Positions 10,178 to 22,322 of a DNA stretch of 64,000 bases are shown piece by piece (within the stretch, counting starts at the first letter, position 1; every line of letters begins with the position of its first letter). The DNA comes from an uncultured Chloroflexia bacterium (GTDB taxonomy: Bacteria; Chloroflexota; Anaerolineae; Promineifilales; UBA4811). A model generated the notes under the pieces. It saw only the letters and a list, made by a program, of their open reading frames with translations. It was not told where the DNA came from and did no database searches. The stretch covers positions 599,025 to 663,024 of the forward strand of contig CAVPPE010000001.1 in assembly GCA_963707345.1 (NCBI GenBank), in the 5' to 3' direction. The position numbers and the translations under genes are program-made.

Positions 10178-10205
10178 TTGTCCGGCAACCCGAACCGGGT
10201 ATAAT
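10178..10205 (+). promoter_or_regulatory. Promoter for the B12-subunit/meaB/prs transcription unit (TTGTCC, 16 nt, TATAAT)
   Basis: TTGTCC at 10178-10183 and a perfect TATAAT at 10200-10205. Confidence 0.5.
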
Positions 10206-10221
10206 TTCCGCAGAGCAATTG

Positions 10222-10320
10222 TAGCTACTCAGGCAGCGTGAAGGTCTTTTGGGGGTGTGCGGGCGCGGAGCGCCCGCACACCCCCCATCTTCCCTCTCCA
10301 GGGATTTGGGCTGAGTAGTC
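10222..10320 (+). promoter_or_regulatory. Structured 5' leader of unassigned class
   Basis: CTACTCAG (10225-10232) pairs with CTGAGTAG (10311-10318). These enclose a perfect 16-bp GC-rich hairpin, GGGGGTGTGCGGGCGC-gga-GCGCCCGCACACCCCC (10251-10285). The element lies between the promoter and the RBS/ATG at 10348. Confidence 0.4.
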
Positions 10321-10347
10321 ACGAGCAGACACCAGACAGGGAGCGAG

Positions 10348-10749
10348 ATGACAGAAGAAAAGATTCGCGTGTTGATTGCCAAGCCCGGCCTGGACGGGCA
10401 CGATCGGGGTGCCAAGGTGGTGGCCCGCGCGCTGCGGGACGCCGGCATGGAGGTCATTTACACCGGCCTGCGCCAGACGCCCGAAATGGTGGTGGAAGCG
10501 GCGCTGCAGGAGGACGTGAACGTGGTTGGCCTGAGCATCCTCTCCGGCGCACACATGGCACTGGTGCCGCGGGTGATCGAGTTGCTGCGTGTCAACGAGA
10601 TGGCTGACGTCAAGGTTTTCGTGGGCGGCATTGTCCCGGATGAGGATATCCCGGTGTTGAAAGAGCTGGGGGTCTGGGAGGTGTTTGGGCCGGGAGCCAA
10701 CACGCACGACATCGCGGCCGCCATCCGCCGGGCGGTGCGGGGCGCATAA
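10348..10749 (+). CDS. Methylmalonyl-CoA mutase-type cobalamin (B12)-binding domain protein, stand-alone small subunit
   Basis: 133 aa. [41 protein letters not shown]…[10 protein letters not shown] contains the DxHxxG B12-binding signature. Confidence 0.9.
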   Translation: MTEEKIRVLIAKPGLDGHDRGAKVVARALRDAGMEVIYTGLRQTPEMVVEAALQEDVNVVGLSILSGAHMALVPRVIELLRVNEMADVKVFVGGIVPDEDIPVLKELGVWEVFGPGANTHDIAAAIRRAVRGA

Positions 10750-10754
10750 GGCCC

Positions 10755-11762
10755 GTGGGCGAAGCAAACGAATTGGTGGCAGAGCTGCTGCGCGGCAACC
10801 GGCGCGCCCTGGCGCGACTGGTCACGCGGGCGGAGAATGAAACAGCCGATGCCCGGCCGGCGTTGGCCCAGCTCTACCCGCACACCGGCCGGGCGCACAT
10901 CGTGGGCGTCACCGGCGCGCCGGGCTGCGGCAAAAGCACGCTGGTCAACGAGTTGGCCAAGCAGTTGCGGCGTGAGGGCGAGACGGTGGGCATCGTGGCG
11001 GTGGATCCCACCAGCCCCTTTTCCGGCGGCGCGGTGCTGGGGGATCGCATCCGGATGCGGGACCTGGCGGGCGATGAGGGGATTTTCATCCGCAGCATGG
11101 CCTCGCGCGGCAGCCTGGGTGGGCTGGCGCGGACCACCAGCGAGGTGGTTAAATTGCTGGACGCGGCCGGTTTCAGCTTGGTGGTGGTCGAGACAGTGGG
11201 TGCCGGGCAGTCGGAGGTGGATATTGCCAGGCATGCCCACACCACGCTGGTGGTGCAAGCCCCCGGCATGGGGGACGACATCCAGGCGATCAAGGCGGGC
11301 ATCCTGGAAATTGCCGACATCTTTGTGGTCAACAAGGCGGACCAGCCGGGTGCAGAGAGTGCGGTCAAGGCGCTGCAGATGATGCAGCGGTTGAACGCCA
11401 ACGGCAACAATGCGGTACAGCATCACGGCCGGTTGCTGGGGGTGGAAACGTCCGAGCCGGCCGGGGGGAATGGCTGGGAGCCGCCCATCTTGCAGACGGT
11501 AGGCATCAGTGGCGAAGGGATTGTCGAACTGGTGGCTGCCATTCGCCAGCACCAGGCATACCTGCATGCCTCCGGTGAATATCAGCGCAGGGAGGCAGCG
11601 CGCGTAGAGCGTGAGTTTGAGCTGCTGTTGCGGGAGGCGCTGCTGGCCGATCTGCTGGCAAAAATCCCGGCCGACCGGCTGGAAGCGACCCTGGCGCAGG
11701 TCTTGCGGCGGGAGCTGGACCCGTACACCGCCGTGGAGCGGCTGGTTGCAGCCAAAGGATAG
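10755..11762 (+). CDS. meaB: Methylmalonyl-CoA mutase-associated G-protein chaperone MeaB/ArgK
   Basis: 335 aa with P-loop GVTGAPGCGKSTLV, a VVETVGAGQSE switch region and NKAD. Confidence 0.92.
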   Translation: MGEANELVAELLRGNRRALARLVTRAENETADARPALAQLYPHTGRAHIVGVTGAPGCGKSTLVNELAKQLRREGETVGIVAVDPTSPFSGGAVLGDRIRMRDLAGDEGIFIRSMASRGSLGGLARTTSEVVKLLDAAGFSLVVVETVGAGQSEVDIARHAHTTLVVQAPGMGDDIQAIKAGILEIADIFVVNKADQPGAESAVKALQMMQRLNANGNNAVQHHGRLLGVETSEPAGGNGWEPPILQTVGISGEGIVELVAAIRQHQAYLHASGEYQRREAARVEREFELLLREALLADLLAKIPADRLEATLAQVLRRELDPYTAVERLVAAKG

Positions 11763-11768
11763 CGCGGA

Positions 11769-12734
11769 ATGCGCGGCAAGGACGATCTGTTTCACTGGAA
11801 CATTCAACTGATTGCCGGGACCGGCTGTCCGGAACTGGCAAACAGCATCAGCCAATATCTGGGCGTCGCACTTGGCGGCATTGACATCGTCGAGTTTGCC
11901 AACGAGAATCTGTTCGTGCGGTTACACGGCAGCGCGCGCGGCCAGGACGTGTACATCATCCAGACGACCTCCCGGCCGGTCCATCGCAACATCATGGAGC
12001 TGCTGATCCTGATTGACTGCCTCAAACGGGACTCGGCCGGCCGGGTGACCGCGGTGATCCCGTATTTGAGCTACGCTCGCTCGGACAAAAAGGACCAGCC
12101 GCGGGTGCCCATCACTGCGCGGCTGGTGGTGGATATGATCGAGGCGGCCGGGGCGGACCGCTGGATGACGATTGACCTGCACGCCGGTCAGATCCAGGGC
12201 TTTTTCAAAATCCCCGGCGACGCGCTGACCGCGTTTCACCTTTTAAGCGACTATTTCGCGACCAAGAATCTGGACAACGCGGTTATCCTGACCCCCGACC
12301 TAGGCTTTGCCAAGCGCGGCCGGAACTTTGCGGAAAAGTTGCATCTGCCGCTGGCTTTTGTGGAGAAAAAGCGCTTGCGCGGCAGCACGGTGCCCGAAGC
12401 GCTGACGATCATTGGCGACGTAAGGGGCAAGGATGTTATCATCGTCGATGATGAAGTGGACACCGGCGGTTCGATGGAGCGGGCGGTGCTGATAGCCAAG
12501 GAGCACGGCGCGCTGGACGTGTATCTCAGTTTCACACATGCGGTCTTTTCCGACCCGGCCGTTGAGCGGCTCAAACACCTTCCGATCAAGGAGATGGTCA
12601 CCACAGACACCATCCCGCTACCGGCCGAAAAGCGCCTGCCCAACATGACCATTCTGCCGGTGGCCCCGCTGCTGGGCGAGGTCATCCGGCGCGCCCACGA
12701 AGGGCGCAGCGTGGGTGAAATGTTTGATGAATAG
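11769..12734 (+). CDS. prs: Ribose-phosphate pyrophosphokinase (PRPP synthetase)
   Basis: 321 aa. Contains …IPYLSYARSDKK…, the PRPP-binding loop VIIVDDEVDTGGS, and a family-typical N-terminus. Confidence 0.92.
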   Translation: MRGKDDLFHWNIQLIAGTGCPELANSISQYLGVALGGIDIVEFANENLFVRLHGSARGQDVYIIQTTSRPVHRNIMELLILIDCLKRDSAGRVTAVIPYLSYARSDKKDQPRVPITARLVVDMIEAAGADRWMTIDLHAGQIQGFFKIPGDALTAFHLLSDYFATKNLDNAVILTPDLGFAKRGRNFAEKLHLPLAFVEKKRLRGSTVPEALTIIGDVRGKDVIIVDDEVDTGGSMERAVLIAKEHGALDVYLSFTHAVFSDPAVERLKHLPIKEMVTTDTIPLPAEKRLPNMTILPVAPLLGEVIRRAHEGRSVGEMFDE

Positions 12735-12747
12735 GCGGTAATCTGTG

Positions 12748-12756
12748 TGGTATAAT
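12748..12756 (+). promoter_or_regulatory. Extended -10 box (TGGTATAAT) upstream of secA
   Basis: TGgTATAAT lies 43 nt upstream of the TTG start at 12799. A GAGGT Shine-Dalgarno sits at about 12787. Confidence 0.5.
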
Positions 12757-12798
12757 CCTGGCAACTGCGGGTGCGCCCATTCAAGTTGAGGTACTGTT

Positions 12799-15897
<3,099 letters not shown>

Positions 15898-15914
15898 TTA
15901 GGGTGGGGTGAGCT

Positions 15915-16952
15915 ATGTCGGACCTGCGCGCGCAGTTGAAAAAATGGCCCAAGATTGACCTGCATCGCCATCTGGAGGGTTCAATCCGGTTGGAGACGCT
16001 GGCCGAGATCGCGCAAGAGCACGGGATGGATTTGCCTGGCTATGAGGCGGAGGCCATCCGGCCGCACGTGCAGGTTACGGAAGGGCCGTATACCCATAAT
16101 CGCTTCCTGGCAAAATTCCGGGTGCTGCGTCGCTTTTATCGCACCCCGGAGATCGTGGATCGCATGGCCTATGAGGCCATTGCCGATGCGGCCGAGGACA
16201 ATGTGCGTTATCTGGAACTCCGCTTTACCCCGTCTGCGCTGGCCAGCGCCGGCGGATTTCCGCTGGAAGATGTGGTCCAGTGGGTTATCCGGGCGGTGTA
16301 CCAGGCGGCCGACGACGCGGGCATTCAGGCAGGCCTGATTGTGAGCATCAACCGGCAGGATGGCCTGGCTATCGCGGAGCAATCCACCGACTTGGCGATT
16401 AAATACAAAGGTAAGATCGTTGGATTGGACCTGACGGGCGATGAGGTGGCATTTGCTGCCCGGCCGTTTGGCCCCTTGTTCCAACGTGCAAAACAAGCCG
16501 GTCTCGGCATCACGGTCCATGCTGGTGAGTGGAAAGGGTCGGACAACATTACCGAGTCGATTGAGCACCTCCACGCTGACCGTATTGGGCATGGTGTGCG
16601 CGCAATCGAGGACGTGAACGTTGTGCGGTCGCTAAAGGAGCGCAAGATCACACTGGAGGTCTGTCCCACCAGCAATGTCCAATCGGGCGTGGTGCGAAGC
16701 GCTGACCTGCATCCCTTCCGCGATCTGTTTGACCTAGGTCTTTCGATCACGCTCAACACAGATGACCCCAGCGTCAGCGACATTACGTTGACGGACGAAT
16801 ACGTGTTGGCGGTAGAGGAGCTTGGCCTGCCGTTGGCGAGCCTCAAGCAGGCTATCCTCAATGCTGCCCACGCTGCGTTTTTGCCAGAGGAGGCCAAGTC
16901 GGACCTTGTCGCTTGGTTTAGGCAGGCACTGGATGCCTGTGGCACTGATTAG
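15915..16952 (+). CDS. add: Adenosine deaminase
   Basis: 345 aa with the metal-binding KIDLHRHLEGS, HAGE and NTDDP motifs. Confidence 0.9.
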   Translation: MSDLRAQLKKWPKIDLHRHLEGSIRLETLAEIAQEHGMDLPGYEAEAIRPHVQVTEGPYTHNRFLAKFRVLRRFYRTPEIVDRMAYEAIADAAEDNVRYLELRFTPSALASAGGFPLEDVVQWVIRAVYQAADDAGIQAGLIVSINRQDGLAIAEQSTDLAIKYKGKIVGLDLTGDEVAFAARPFGPLFQRAKQAGLGITVHAGEWKGSDNITESIEHLHADRIGHGVRAIEDVNVVRSLKERKITLEVCPTSNVQSGVVRSADLHPFRDLFDLGLSITLNTDDPSVSDITLTDEYVLAVEELGLPLASLKQAILNAAHAAFLPEEAKSDLVAWFRQALDACGTD

Positions 16953-16978
16953 CTCGAGCGAGGAGACAAAAGAAGACA

Positions 16979-18241
16979 ATGAAGGATTTGCGTAGAAAGC
17001 TCAAAATCTCAAAGGCCCAACTGGAGGCGGTCAATGGGCTGCTGCTAGACTCCAACAGCCGGGTGGTGAACGACATGCTGGCTGTGGTGGCCAAATACGG
17101 CACGCCAAAGGAGATCAACGCAAAAGCGGCCGAGGCGGGCAAGCTGAAGAACCTGATGGGCCGGCTGCAGGAAGCAGGGTCACCCTACGTGGCTGACCTG
17201 GAGTGGTTGAAGGCGCAGCGGGACGCGGGGGCTTTTATCAGCGTGGCAGACTATCGCCGCAAGGTGCTAGGAGACGCGGCCGATAGGATGACCTTTGCGG
17301 ACGATTTTGCGGTCACGCTGGAGATCAGCGCGCTGCAGTATTTCCCGTTTCTCATTTCTGAAGCGAAGCAGGCCATTGCCAATGACGAACTGATGCCCGG
17401 CCGGTTTATCCGCGTGCGCAAGATGAAAGAGCAGGAGGGGGACGGGGATATTCTGGCGGTAGCGGCCGCCATGAAGATCGTTGGGGCCAGCTACGTCGAA
17501 ACGTTGGACACCAAGGGGACCGATGGGTCCAACGTGCACCTGGGCGGACCGGCGACCATCACTGGCTACTTTGGGGGTGTGGGGCAACCCAATGACCATG
17601 CCCTGATGTGGCTGGATGAGTTTCTGTACTATTACACCCACTATGGGGTCAAGCAGGTGCTCAACATCAACCCCGGCACGGTCTTGTTGGGCTATCTGCT
17701 CCACAAATTGGGCGTGGACAACGAATTCAAGATCTCGGTCTTTATGGGCAACGACAACCCTTACGCGGCACTGTGGACCCTGATCGGGGCGCGGCTTTTC
17801 GGCCGCAAGGATGGCACCACTTCGCTGATCGGCTTTAACTGGGGCAACTCGGTCAACAACGAGACCATCGAGATCACGGCCGAGGTGCGCAAGGCACTGA
17901 ACCTGGAGGACATGGTCCGCTTTGAGCATCACATCACTGAGACATTCAAGAGCATTGTCATTCAGCCGTACAACCGGCGCGACGAGCTGGTCGAGTTGGC
18001 CGATCATGTTGCCAACATCTCTGCCAAGCACGAAGGCGGCGACCCGGAGGTGGACGAGGCGCGAGAGCATCCATCGGACATCCTGGATTACTTCCGCGAC
18101 AAGACTGAAGTGATCGAGTCGGGCGACTGGGCTGCACTGGAGCGCAACTATCTGGACAAGCACGACGCCCTGAATCGCACCGCCTGGGCGCTGACCCAGA
18201 AGGGCCTTTCGTTCGTCGCGGCCCGCAAGTTGCACCGTTAA
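16979..18241 (+). CDS. Conserved-looking hypothetical protein, 420 aa, cysteine-free; family not recognised
   Basis: Long ORF with a GAGGAG RBS. Codon usage resembles the neighbours. Motifs HLGGPATITGYFGG, NINPGTV and GNDNPYAALW look enzyme-like. It is followed 8 nt later by the CooC-like gene. Confidence 0.6.
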   Translation: MKDLRRKLKISKAQLEAVNGLLLDSNSRVVNDMLAVVAKYGTPKEINAKAAEAGKLKNLMGRLQEAGSPYVADLEWLKAQRDAGAFISVADYRRKVLGDAADRMTFADDFAVTLEISALQYFPFLISEAKQAIANDELMPGRFIRVRKMKEQEGDGDILAVAAAMKIVGASYVETLDTKGTDGSNVHLGGPATITGYFGGVGQPNDHALMWLDEFLYYYTHYGVKQVLNINPGTVLLGYLLHKLGVDNEFKISVFMGNDNPYAALWTLIGARLFGRKDGTTSLIGFNWGNSVNNETIEITAEVRKALNLEDMVRFEHHITETFKSIVIQPYNRRDELVELADHVANISAKHEGGDPEVDEAREHPSDILDYFRDKTEVIESGDWAALERNYLDKHDALNRTAWALTQKGLSFVAARKLHR

Positions 18242-18249
18242 GGGGTGGT

Positions 18250-19041
18250 ATGCCAAAAATTGCAGTCACTGGCAAAGGTGGGGTTGGCAAGACTACGCTG
18301 ACGAGCTTGCTGGCCTACGTGTATGCGGAAAAGGGCGCCAATGTTCTGGCGATCGACGTGGACCCTTCCCCCTGTCTGGCCGATGCGCTGGGCTTTCCAG
18401 AGGAACTGACCCGTGATTTGGTCCCGATTGCCGAAATGGATGACCTGATCTACGAGCGGACAGGGGCCAAACCGGGCACAACTGGCGGCTATTTCAAACT
18501 CAACCCGCGCGTGGATGACCTGCCGGACCGTTTCAGTGTCACACACCGCGGCATCCGCTTGCTGGAGTTGGGTGCGGTCGAACTGGGTGGCAGCGGCTGC
18601 ATTTGCCCGGAGAGCGCCATGCTCAAGACGCTGGTCACCCATCTCATCTTTTACCGGGATGACCTGCTGGTGATGGACATGTACGCCGGCGTGGAGCATC
18701 TCGGCCGGGCGACAGCCGGGATGGTGGATGCGATGATTGTGGTTGCAGAACCGGGCAAGCGCAGCCTGGGGACGGCCGCGCAGATCGCCAAGCTGGCGCG
18801 GGACATTGGCATCCAGCGGTTGTATCTGGTGGGCAACAAGATGCGCAACGAGGGGGACGTGGCCTTTCTGCGCCAGAACAGCCCTGGCCTGCCGGTGCTG
18901 GGCGCTTTGCCCGCTTCGCCGGCCGCGGTGGAAGCGGACCTGCAAGGAATTCCGGTATACGATGCGGTGCCGGAGATGGCGGCCGCCGCGCGTGCAATGG
19001 TAGATCAACTGGAGCGTGTTTTTCAACAGGAGAAGGCATGA
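18250..19041 (+). CDS. CooC-type (MinD/ParA superfamily) metal-binding P-loop ATPase
   Basis: 263 aa with a deviant Walker A (GKGGVGKTT) and a GSGCICPES CxC motif like the Ni-binding motif of CooC. Its stop overlaps the next start by 4 nt. Confidence 0.8.
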   Translation: MPKIAVTGKGGVGKTTLTSLLAYVYAEKGANVLAIDVDPSPCLADALGFPEELTRDLVPIAEMDDLIYERTGAKPGTTGGYFKLNPRVDDLPDRFSVTHRGIRLLELGAVELGGSGCICPESAMLKTLVTHLIFYRDDLLVMDMYAGVEHLGRATAGMVDAMIVVAEPGKRSLGTAAQIAKLARDIGIQRLYLVGNKMRNEGDVAFLRQNSPGLPVLGALPASPAAVEADLQGIPVYDAVPEMAAAARAMVDQLERVFQQEKA

Positions 19042-19907
19042 AAGAGTTGACGGACGAGTTTGTGGAACTGCTGCGCCGGGCAGCGACCGAGTTGCCGGCC
19101 GATGTCGAGGCGGCGTTGGCGGCGGCCAAAACGCAAGAAGCGGCCGGCTCGGCGGCGGCCGGGGCCCTGGAAATGATTCTGAGCAACGTGGACCTGGCAC
19201 GAAACCAGTCAACGCCAGTCTGTCAGGATACCGGGACGCCGATTTTCGAGATCTACTACCCGGTGGGTGTTTCTACCCGTCAGCTGGCACAGTATGCCCG
19301 TGCTGCGTGCGCCATTGCCACGCAGCGCTCGTTTCTCCGGCCGAATGCGGTCGACAGCCTGACGGGAAAGAATAGCGGCAACAACCTGGGCATCGATTAC
19401 CCCACTTTTCACTTCCACGAGTGGGACGACGACGCCATCAAAATCCAGTTGTTGCTCAAGGGCGGCGGGAGCGAGAATGTGGGGGCGCAGTACAAGCTCC
19501 CGGATGGCTCCTTGAAGGCCGGCCGGGATCTGGAAGGTGTGCGCAAAGTGGTGCTGGACGCGGTTTACCAGGCACAGGGCAAGGGCTGTGCGCCGGGGGT
19601 CATTGGCGTGTGTCTGGGAGGGGACCGTGGGTCCGGCTATGTCAAGGCCAAGCAAGCGCTTTTGCGCCGCCTGGATGAGCCAAACCCAGACCCAACTCTG
19701 GATGCTTTTGAGAAACGGCTGCTGGCTGACATCAACCAATTGAACATTGGCCCGATGGGATTTGGCGGCCGGGCGACCGTGCTCGGCGTCAAGGTAGATG
19801 TGCAGCACCGGTTGCCGGCTTGTTACTTTGTCTCCATTGCATACATGTGTTGGGCCGCCCGCCGCGCCACCATGGTCGTCCGCAACGGTCAGGTTAACTT
19901 CGAGTAG
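19038..19907 (+). CDS. Fe-S hydro-lyase alpha subunit (class I fumarate hydratase / tartrate dehydratase alpha type)
   Basis: 289 aa with PVCQDTGTP and GCAPGVIGVCLGGDRG, typical of the two-subunit class I fumarase/TtdA family. Confidence 0.88.
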   Translation: MKELTDEFVELLRRAATELPADVEAALAAAKTQEAAGSAAAGALEMILSNVDLARNQSTPVCQDTGTPIFEIYYPVGVSTRQLAQYARAACAIATQRSFLRPNAVDSLTGKNSGNNLGIDYPTFHFHEWDDDAIKIQLLLKGGGSENVGAQYKLPDGSLKAGRDLEGVRKVVLDAVYQAQGKGCAPGVIGVCLGGDRGSGYVKAKQALLRRLDEPNPDPTLDAFEKRLLADINQLNIGPMGFGGRATVLGVKVDVQHRLPACYFVSIAYMCWAARRATMVVRNGQVNFE

Positions 19908-19921
19908 GCCAGGAGGAGCAG

Positions 19922-20536
19922 ATGAAAAAGCTGAATATGCCCATTGCTGACGAGGAGATTGTTGCGCTGCGTGTCGGTGACCAGGTGGCCCTGAGCGGTG
20001 TCATGACCACGGCGCGGGATGCCGCGCACAAGTTTCTGGTGGAAACATATATCCAGGTGGACCAGCCTGCGGAAGAGTTGGAGCTTTACGAGGAGCTGAA
20101 AACAATTCTGGATGGCGGGGCAATTTACCATTGCGGCCCGGTGGTCGCCAAGAATGATGATGGCAGTTGGCGGTTTGTGGCGGCTGGGCCGACCACGAGC
20201 ATCCGGGAAGAGGTGTACGAGCCGGATGTCATCGCGCATTTCAACGTCAAGGCGGTGATTGGCAAGGGGGGGATGGGTCCCAACACGCTCAGAGCGAATC
20301 AAGAGTACAAAGCGGTCTATCTCAGCGCCATTGGTGGCGCTGCCTCCCTGATCGCCGACGCGGTCAAGGAAGTGGTGACGGTTTACAAGCTGGACGAGTT
20401 TGGCGTGCCGGAGGCGTTTTGGGTGATCCGGGTGGAGGATTTCCCGGCCGTGGTGACCATGGACGCGCACGGCCGCAGTATCCACGACGAGGTGCAGGCA
20501 GAGAGCCTTGCCCAAATGAAGCGGCTCACCGGATAG
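19922..20536 (+). CDS. Fe-S hydro-lyase beta subunit (class I fumarate hydratase / TtdB type)
   Basis: 204 aa with …LSGVMTTARDAAHK…GPTTS.R…GKGGMG…, typical of the beta/C-terminal domain. Confidence 0.88.
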   Translation: MKKLNMPIADEEIVALRVGDQVALSGVMTTARDAAHKFLVETYIQVDQPAEELELYEELKTILDGGAIYHCGPVVAKNDDGSWRFVAAGPTTSIREEVYEPDVIAHFNVKAVIGKGGMGPNTLRANQEYKAVYLSAIGGAASLIADAVKEVVTVYKLDEFGVPEAFWVIRVEDFPAVVTMDAHGRSIHDEVQAESLAQMKRLTG

Positions 20537-20688
20537 CAAACTGGGCAATTGGCGATGTGGTGGCCATCCTGCCAATCGGAGTGGGATGGCCGCATTCTAG
20601 TGAGCGGGCATGTATTCTGTACCCATTGGTTAGGGTAGAGAGTGATGAAAGTGGCGACCTGGGCGCGAAAGCAAATGGGTAAGGGACT

Positions 20689-21108
20689 ATGACCAAGCCA
20701 GAAGAGACAAAACATCGGCCAATCCTCAGCCTGCTGCAAATCCTGGTGATTGTGGTGGTCCTGATTGCTATGGGCGTGACACTGAGCATCAACGCGCGCA
20801 CGCGCGATAGCGAGACGTTGAGCGAAACCGAGGCGGCCCTGGCAACGCGTGTGGCAATGGAAGAGGATCGTCAGCGCCAACTGGCGGTCACGCTTACCTA
20901 CGTGAGCAGCGACGATTACGTGGCGGATTACGCCCGAAATGAGGCCGGAATGCTGCAAGACGGCGAAAAACGCGTGGTCCCGATGCCCAACCCTGTTCCA
21001 CCGACCCCAACACTCATTCCGACGCCGCTCCCGGCCGTGACCCTTCCCGAGACGCCGCTTGAGGCCTGGTGGATGCTCTTTTTTGATTCCCCGCCTCCTG
21101 GCAAGTGA
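20689..21108 (+). CDS. Septum-formation-initiator-like (FtsB/DivIC-type) bitopic membrane protein with a Pro-rich tail
   Basis: 139 aa: one N-terminal TM helix, a coiled-coil segment, a DDYVADYARNEAGMLQDGEKRV motif and then a PxP-rich C-terminus. Confidence 0.55.
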   Translation: MTKPEETKHRPILSLLQILVIVVVLIAMGVTLSINARTRDSETLSETEAALATRVAMEEDRQRQLAVTLTYVSSDDYVADYARNEAGMLQDGEKRVVPMPNPVPPTPTLIPTPLPAVTLPETPLEAWWMLFFDSPPPGK

Positions 21109-22289
21109 CCATCACCCCTGTGACCCATACCGGCCGTTTGCGCATGCAGGTGGCAGTTGCCACACTGGCGCGCTTGGTCATCAATTCCGGATACCGCATG
21201 GTGTATCCTTTCCTGCCCGAGATTTCGCGTGGGTTGAACATCTCACAGCGCACGGCCGGCCAGTTGATGACGGTGCGGGCGGCGGTGGGGGTAACCAGCC
21301 CGCTGTTTGGCCTCTATTCGGATCGCCACGGCCGGCGGCCGATGATGGCGGGTGGTGTGCTGGTGTTGGTCGCGGGGGCAGCCATTATCGCGCTGGGCCC
21401 GTGCTACCCGGCCGTCATCCTGGGGTTCGCGCTACTGGGGATGACCAAAGCGCTGTTTGGCCCCAGCCTGCTTGCATTTCTCAGCGAGCGGGTGCCGTAC
21501 GAGCGGCGCGGCCGGGCTGTGGCCGTGGTCGAGTTGGCCTGGGGCGGCTCCATTCTGGCAGGCATCCCGTTGCTGGGGTGGGTGATCGAGATGTGGGGCT
21601 GGCAGGCGGCCTTTGTGGTCCTGGCAGCCGCCGGTTGCGCAGCGCTGGTTGCTCTGTGGCGGGCGCTGCCCAATGATGGGCCGGCCGTGGCGCTGCCGGC
21701 CGGGCGAACGGGTCTGACACAGGTCACACGGTTAGTTTTTCGCAACCCGGCCGCGCGGGCCATGATGGCGGTCACCGGATTGATGATTGCCGCCAATGAG
21801 ATTGTGTTTATTGTGTACGGCGGCTGGATGGAAACCGAGTTTGGCCTTTCGGTCGGCCGGGTGGGGCTGGCGACGGCGGTGATTGGAGCGGCCGAACTGC
21901 TGGGCGAGACTGGCGTGGGGGGCATCGTCGACCGATTGGGAAAGCGTCGCTCGTTGGCGGTTGGACTGCTGCTGACCGCGGCCGGGTACCTGTGCTTGCC
22001 CCGGATCGCCATTTCGCTGCCCTGGGCACTAATGGGGCTCTTTTTTGCATTTCTTTTCTTTGAATTCACCATTGTGTCAACCATTCCGCTTTCGACCGAG
22101 GTCGTGCCGGCCGCACGGGCGACGATGATGGCCTTGACTGGCACTGCTGGGTCGCTCGGCCGGGCGGCCGGCGCGTGGGTGGGCACCACGTTGTGGGAGT
22201 TGGGTGGCATGGCAGTGAACGGCGCCGCGGCCGGGTTGGTCACCCTGCTGGCGTTGTGTCTGGTGCTGGCTTTTGCCCCGCGGGATTAA
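21105..22289 (+). CDS. MFS transporter
   Basis: 394 aa with about 12 predicted TM segments and the MFS loop motif (SDRHGRRPMM). GTG start overlaps the upstream stop. Confidence 0.85.
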   Translation: MTITPVTHTGRLRMQVAVATLARLVINSGYRMVYPFLPEISRGLNISQRTAGQLMTVRAAVGVTSPLFGLYSDRHGRRPMMAGGVLVLVAGAAIIALGPCYPAVILGFALLGMTKALFGPSLLAFLSERVPYERRGRAVAVVELAWGGSILAGIPLLGWVIEMWGWQAAFVVLAAAGCAALVALWRALPNDGPAVALPAGRTGLTQVTRLVFRNPAARAMMAVTGLMIAANEIVFIVYGGWMETEFGLSVGRVGLATAVIGAAELLGETGVGGIVDRLGKRRSLAVGLLLTAAGYLCLPRIAISLPWALMGLFFAFLFFEFTIVSTIPLSTEVVPAARATMMALTGTAGSLGRAAGAWVGTTLWELGGMAVNGAAAGLVTLLALCLVLAFAPRD

Positions 22290-22322
22290 CCCGGCCGGTT
22301 TGTGGATAGTGGCACAAGGCAA

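Noticed and set aside
10222-10320. Cobalamin (B12) riboswitch in front of the B12-binding mutase subunit.
   Set aside because: The context is attractive, but I find no B12-box-like GCCACUG core or the usual multi-stem junction. I keep it only as an unclassified structured leader.
20562-20591. GGCCATCC-(14 nt)-GGATGGCC inverted repeat after the fumarase beta gene as an intrinsic terminator.
   Set aside because: It has a large loop and no following T-tract, so there is insufficient evidence.
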